A DNA stretch of 64,000 nucleotides from an uncultured Gammaproteobacteria bacterium (GTDB taxonomy: Bacteria; Pseudomonadota; Gammaproteobacteria; UBA9214), in assembly GCA_963712695.1 (NCBI GenBank), contig CAVQJD010000011.1, positions 69,336-133,335 on the forward strand, in the 5' to 3' direction. Shown piece by piece: positions 59,950-64,000 of this stretch. A model generated the notes under the pieces. The model was not told the origin of the DNA, did no database searches, and was given only the letters and a program-made list of their open reading frames with translations. Every line of letters starts with the position of its first letter. Position 1 is the first letter of the stretch. A program made the position numbers and the translations under genes.

Positions 59950-60240
59950 ATGACAGATCTTGAACTCAGCAAAGAAGAACGCATCCTGCGCATGATGAAG
60001 CGCGTCCTGACTGATGTCGCCAAGGACACCTATACCAAGCCAGGGTACCGGCATCCCCTGTCTGACAATACGGTAGATGGCATTCGCCAGTGCCTCGCGC
60101 TGATTACCGCGCGGGAAGGCGAACTGAACGCGGCGGCCGGACGCAGCAGCAATATGCGCCCGCGGTTCGTCGATGAACCGCAACGCTCTGTCATAGTCCC
60201 GCTGAAGATTCCGGATCCGAAAAAGAAGGACCCGCAGTAA
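59950..60240 (+). CDS. Hypothetical small protein
   Basis: Starting at the Met at 59950: MTDLELSKEERILRMMKRVLTDVAKDTYTKPGYRHPLSDNTVDGIRQCLALITAREGEL... (96 aa). The ORF is open from 59920. Confidence 0.5.
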   Translation: MTDLELSKEERILRMMKRVLTDVAKDTYTKPGYRHPLSDNTVDGIRQCLALITAREGELNAAAGRSSNMRPRFVDEPQRSVIVPLKIPDPKKKDPQ

Positions 60241-60674
60241 CCATCCACGCCCTCCCGGCGCTCCCGTCCCATCCGCCCAACGCCTCGCCCGGCACCCCGC
60301 CAGGCCATATTTTTAGAAGTAAAATCAATACTTAAGAACCATCCCGGCAGTGCCGATAAGCCGGAAATACGACCCGCCTTCTTCAATACTGTTTGGGTGC
60401 ACTGCTTTTTAATCGTGATTTTCAGCGGGTTATACGAATCAGCCAGGCAGCGGCTACCAGCACTGGAGAACGGGACGACCACAGCAGCTGGCATGAGGTT
60501 TTTGATGCAACCAGGACATCACCGATGAATGTCTGCGGCGCTTTTGCCCGTCAGCTGCTTGCTGCGCAGAAGCGCATTACGTCTGCTGCCCTGCCCCTGA
60601 AATATCCGCCAGGCTGCCGTTCATGGCGCCCGTTCTCCGCACTGCTTGCTTGCATGCCGGGCGGTCTGTCGGTT

Positions 60675-61289
60675 ATGACCGGCGCAAACGCCAGCCACAC
60701 CGCCAGCCTGCCATGTTCAACACCACCGCCAGCGCATCCCTTGCGGCATGCCCGCCATGGCAGCGACCTGATAGTGACACTGCTGTTCCTGCTGTTTTCA
60801 TGGCAGCCTGGAACCTGTACGGCGGAAGACACACGACAGACCGAGCAGCGGGTAAAAACTGCATTCCTGTACAACATTGCCCGGTTTGTCACCTGGCCCG
60901 AGATGCCGGCAGGTCAATTCACCCTGTGCGTACTTGGCCGCGACCCGCTCGGTCAGCAACTGGACACGTTGCAGCACAAGGCCGTAAATGAGCGGCAGCT
61001 CAGGGTTATGTATCTGAACAGCCTGGCCATGGTCGATCAATGTCAGCTTGTGTTTGTCAGCGCGTCATACAGGCACAAGCTGCACACTGTCATCTCCCTG
61101 CTGAGAGAACAACCGGTACTGACGGTAAGCGATATCGATAATTTCATTGCAAGTGGCGGCATTATCGGTTTCCGGCTGATCGACAACAAGATCCGCTTCG
61201 AGATCAACACTGCAGCCGCCAGCACAGCCGGTCTGTCGATAAGCTCCAGGCTGCTGACACTGGCCACATCGGTCCGTGCGGAGGAATAG
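60675..61289 (+). CDS. YfiR-like periplasmic protein (DUF4154 family)
   Basis: The C-terminal ~150 aa reads VKTAFLYNIARFVTWPE...FTLCVLGRDPLGQQL...QCQLVFVS......LTVSDIDNFIASGGIIGF.L.DNKIRFEIN...A...GL.ISS.LL.LA, the DUF4154 pattern. The hydrophobic signal-like segment is LIVTLLFLLFSW. The start codon is uncertain (ORF open from 60393). Confidence 0.7.
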   Translation: MTGANASHTASLPCSTPPPAHPLRHARHGSDLIVTLLFLLFSWQPGTCTAEDTRQTEQRVKTAFLYNIARFVTWPEMPAGQFTLCVLGRDPLGQQLDTLQHKAVNERQLRVMYLNSLAMVDQCQLVFVSASYRHKLHTVISLLREQPVLTVSDIDNFIASGGIIGFRLIDNKIRFEINTAAASTAGLSISSRLLTLATSVRAEE

Positions 61290-61295
61290 GCGGCG

Positions 61296-63449
61296 GTGAT
61301 GCGTGTAATCAAAAACATCTCGATTCGCCACAAGCTGATGCTAATCATCATGGCTGTCAGCACCGTCACCGTGATGATCGCCAGCTTCGCCTTCCTCACC
61401 AGCGACCGGCTCTACTCACAGAAAAATGTCGGCGACAGCCTTGGCATAATCGCCGATATGATTGCAGCGAACAGCACTGCAGCAATTCTGTTCGGCGACC
61501 CGGCCGCTGCCAGGGAAACGCTCGGGTTTCTCAAAATGCAGGAAAATATAGAGGCTGGCGTAATCTACACTGTCGATAACGAGATATTTGCCATGCACGG
61601 TCAAGCCGGCGCGACGTCGCAGCTGCCGGATCAGCAAGTGCAAGCCAAGAATATTCTGTTCCGGGGAAGCTACGTTGAGCTGTTCTCAGACATCATCTAC
61701 CAGGGCGAGAAGATCGGCGTGGTCTACCTGCGCTCGGACATGCGCGCCATACATGACCGCCTGATCTGGTTCCTTGCCATCGCGGCGGCCGTCCTGCTTG
61801 TTTCCCTGCTGGTCGCTTACTCGCTCAGCGCGCAGCTGCAGCACATCGTCACGGCACCGTTGATAAGACTGTCTGCCATTGCACGCCGCATCAGCACGGA
61901 AAAGAACTACTCGCTGCGTCTTGGCGGCGAAGGAAAGGACGAGCTGGGCACACTGATCATCGACTTCAATACCATGCTCGATGAAATCAAGGCACGCGAT
62001 GAGAAACTCAAAATGCACCAGGAGGAACTGGAAGCGCGCGTCGCCCAGCGCACCCGCGAGCTGGAACGCGCCAACCTGGAACTGGCCTCCTCCAAGGAAC
62101 ATGCGGAAGCGGTCGCCAAGCGCATGCAGTTCCATGCCCATCACGATTCACTTACCGGATTGCCCAACCGTGTGCTGTTGAATGACCGCATCAGGACCGA
62201 ACTGGCGCATGCGCGTCGTGAACAGTCCATACTGGCCCTGCTGTTCCTCGACCTGGATCGATTCAAGATTATCAACGATTCGCTGGGGCATGCCACCGGT
62301 GACCAGTTGCTGCGTGTGATATCGCGCCGCATCAAGGACTGTGTCCGCGAGGGAGATACGGTCGCGCGACTGGGTGGTGACGAATTCATGATCCTGCTGC
62401 CGCGCATCACAAGCGTCTCGGATGCCGGCCGCATCGGCAACAAGATTATCGAATCATTGACAGAACCGGTGACCTGCAACGGGCATGACCTGCATATCAC
62501 TACCAGCGCCGGCATCAGCGTCTATCCGTATGACGGCACCGATTCCGACACCCTGATCAAGAACGCCGATATAAGCATGTACCGGGCCAAGGAACTGGGA
62601 CGCAACAGGGCAGTGTATTACACCGCAGAACTGAATGCCGGCTCGCGCAAACAGCTTACCCTGGAAACCAACCTGCGCAAGGCGCTGGAACGCAATGAGC
62701 TGAAGCTCTTCTACCAGCCCAAGATCGACATCACCTGCAACAGCATTGTCGGTGTCGAGGCCCTGCTCCGGTGGAAGCGACCCGGCATGGGTTATATCAG
62801 CCCGAGTGACTTTATTCCGATTGCAGAAGAATCGGGGATGATTTTACCTATCGGCGAGTGGGTGCTGCACACGGCATTCAGGCAACTCAGGGAATGGCAT
62901 GAGGCCGGCTTCACGGAAATGACCATGTCGGTAAACCTGTCGTCCGCACAGCTGGCCAGATCCGGCTTCGAAAAAGTCCTGGAGCGCGCGCTGGCCGAAT
63001 CCGGGATTAATCCTGCCCTGGCGGAGCTCGAGGTAACCGAGAATATTGCGCTGAAGAATATGGAATCCGCCGTGGCCACACTCGAAACACTCAAGAAGAT
63101 GGGCGTCACTATCGCAATGGACGATTTCGGGACGGGCTACTCATCGCTCAGCTACCTGCGCCGCCTGCCCATTGATACCGTAAAGATCGATCAGTCGTTC
63201 GTGCGCGAAATCCCTGACAATATGGAAGATGTGCTCATCGCCCAGGCAATCATTGCCATGGCCAGGAGCCTGAATATGTCACTGGTCGTGGAGGGCGTCG
63301 AAACCGCAAGGCAACTCAACTTTTTCAAGCAGCAAGGCTGCCGGATCATACAGGGTTACCTGTTCAGCAAGCCGGTTGAGGCCGGTGAAATACTCGAGAT
63401 GCTGCGGGCACAGACCATACCCGGCGCGATCAACTCCATCCGGCAATAA
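61296..63449 (+). CDS. Membrane sensor diguanylate cyclase/phosphodiesterase (periplasmic sensor, CHASE8-like, then HAMP, GGDEF and EAL)
   Basis: 717 aa with TM1 LMLIIMAVSTVTVMIASFAFL and TM2 FLAIAAAVLLVSLLVAYSL, a coiled-coil, the GGDEF motif ARLGGDEFMILL, and EAL motifs VEALLRW...DDFGTGYSSLSYL. It starts 7 nt after the YfiR-like gene. Confidence 0.9.
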   Translation: MMRVIKNISIRHKLMLIIMAVSTVTVMIASFAFLTSDRLYSQKNVGDSLGIIADMIAANSTAAILFGDPAAARETLGFLKMQENIEAGVIYTVDNEIFAMHGQAGATSQLPDQQVQAKNILFRGSYVELFSDIIYQGEKIGVVYLRSDMRAIHDRLIWFLAIAAAVLLVSLLVAYSLSAQLQHIVTAPLIRLSAIARRISTEKNYSLRLGGEGKDELGTLIIDFNTMLDEIKARDEKLKMHQEELEARVAQRTRELERANLELASSKEHAEAVAKRMQFHAHHDSLTGLPNRVLLNDRIRTELAHARREQSILALLFLDLDRFKIINDSLGHATGDQLLRVISRRIKDCVREGDTVARLGGDEFMILLPRITSVSDAGRIGNKIIESLTEPVTCNGHDLHITTSAGISVYPYDGTDSDTLIKNADISMYRAKELGRNRAVYYTAELNAGSRKQLTLETNLRKALERNELKLFYQPKIDITCNSIVGVEALLRWKRPGMGYISPSDFIPIAEESGMILPIGEWVLHTAFRQLREWHEAGFTEMTMSVNLSSAQLARSGFEKVLERALAESGINPALAELEVTENIALKNMESAVATLETLKKMGVTIAMDDFGTGYSSLSYLRRLPIDTVKIDQSFVREIPDNMEDVLIAQAIIAMARSLNMSLVVEGVETARQLNFFKQQGCRIIQGYLFSKPVEAGEILEMLRAQTIPGAINSIRQ

Positions 63450-63640
63450 ATCCCCGGGGATGCGTCAACAGGCAGAAAGAGAGACTGCCAGTTAACGAGA
63501 CGCAAGAGCAGATATCCTGCACCATCGGCTCTTGCGATATTCATTCACCCGTGTAATAACGTGTCCAGGCAGCGATGCCCTGCAGGTCCTGCGCTGTCTG
63601 GCGTTCAGGGCTGGTCAAGGGTGACAACAGACCTCGCCTG

Positions 63641-63916
63641 CTAGTGCCGCATCCCCGCACCGGATCCGTAACGGTTATCGTTGGGCAGACGCTGCGGTAA
63701 CACGGACGGATTACCATACCAGGCTGGCTGAACCGGACTGTATGGATAATCCTGAAAGACTGCCGGCGAAAAACCGATGGCTGGCATGCGGCCGTTGTTG
63801 AAGTTCGCGCGCCGGTCATCCTTTTTCAGGAAACAGAACGCCTGGGCCGTACTCGCGCCCAGCAATGAAACCAGAATGATAGCGGGCAACGCCCGTGTTG
63901 CAATCCTGTTTAGCAT
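63641..63916 (-). CDS. Small secreted hypothetical protein
   Basis: 91 aa with signal peptide MLNRIATRALPAIILVSLLGASTAQA. The mature part is Pro/Tyr/Asn-rich. Confidence 0.45.
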   Translation of the reverse strand: MLNRIATRALPAIILVSLLGASTAQAFCFLKKDDRRANFNNGRMPAIGFSPAVFQDYPYSPVQPAWYGNPSVLPQRLPNDNRYGSGAGMRH

Positions 63917-64000
63917 GACACTCCCCCCTCCCGGTATTACCAGGAGCTGATATGGCGTTTCGTCAGAGAGGTTGAGAATCCTGGTGACGATGTCGATTGC

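Overview
The window looks like a gammaproteobacterial-type chromosome segment, and most genes are on the minus strand. About 32 kb (21.5-53.7 kb) is an unbroken run of core translation and transcription genes. In minus-strand transcription order it reads: tRNA-Tyr/Gly/Thr-tufB, tRNA-Trp-secE-nusG, rplKAJL, rpoBC, rpsL-rpsG-fusA-tufA, the S10 operon, the spc operon with secY and rpmJ, and the alpha operon ending at rplQ. The left flank holds the start of the dcw cluster (mraZ-rsmH-ftsL-ftsI, with ftsI cut by the window edge), ssb, an MFS transporter, uvrA, and a few envelope and redox genes. The right flank (53.7-64 kb) holds small housekeeping and envelope-stress genes plus a YfiR-like/GGDEF-EAL c-di-GMP module. 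The clearly non-core part is an accessory island at about 12.7-21.5 kb, directly downstream of the rplQ terminator. It contains an arylsulfatase gene broken by two frameshifts, AT-richer non-coding DNA, and a pair of ~200-300 bp direct repeats that include a duplicated gene 3-prime end. It also carries a co-oriented two-gene module. One gene encodes a 742-aa polytopic membrane protein with a spermidine-synthase-like domain between two membrane halves. The other encodes a 637-aa secreted Pmp-repeat/CSLREA beta-helix protein ending in an unusual Gly12-Cys-FDP-hydrophobic-RR tail. That module is my best candidate for something undescribed, but the functional link between the two genes is inference only. 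No CRISPR array, intact mobile element or recognisable defence system is visible. Many long ORFs in the track are antisense shadows of real genes in GC-rich DNA and were rejected.
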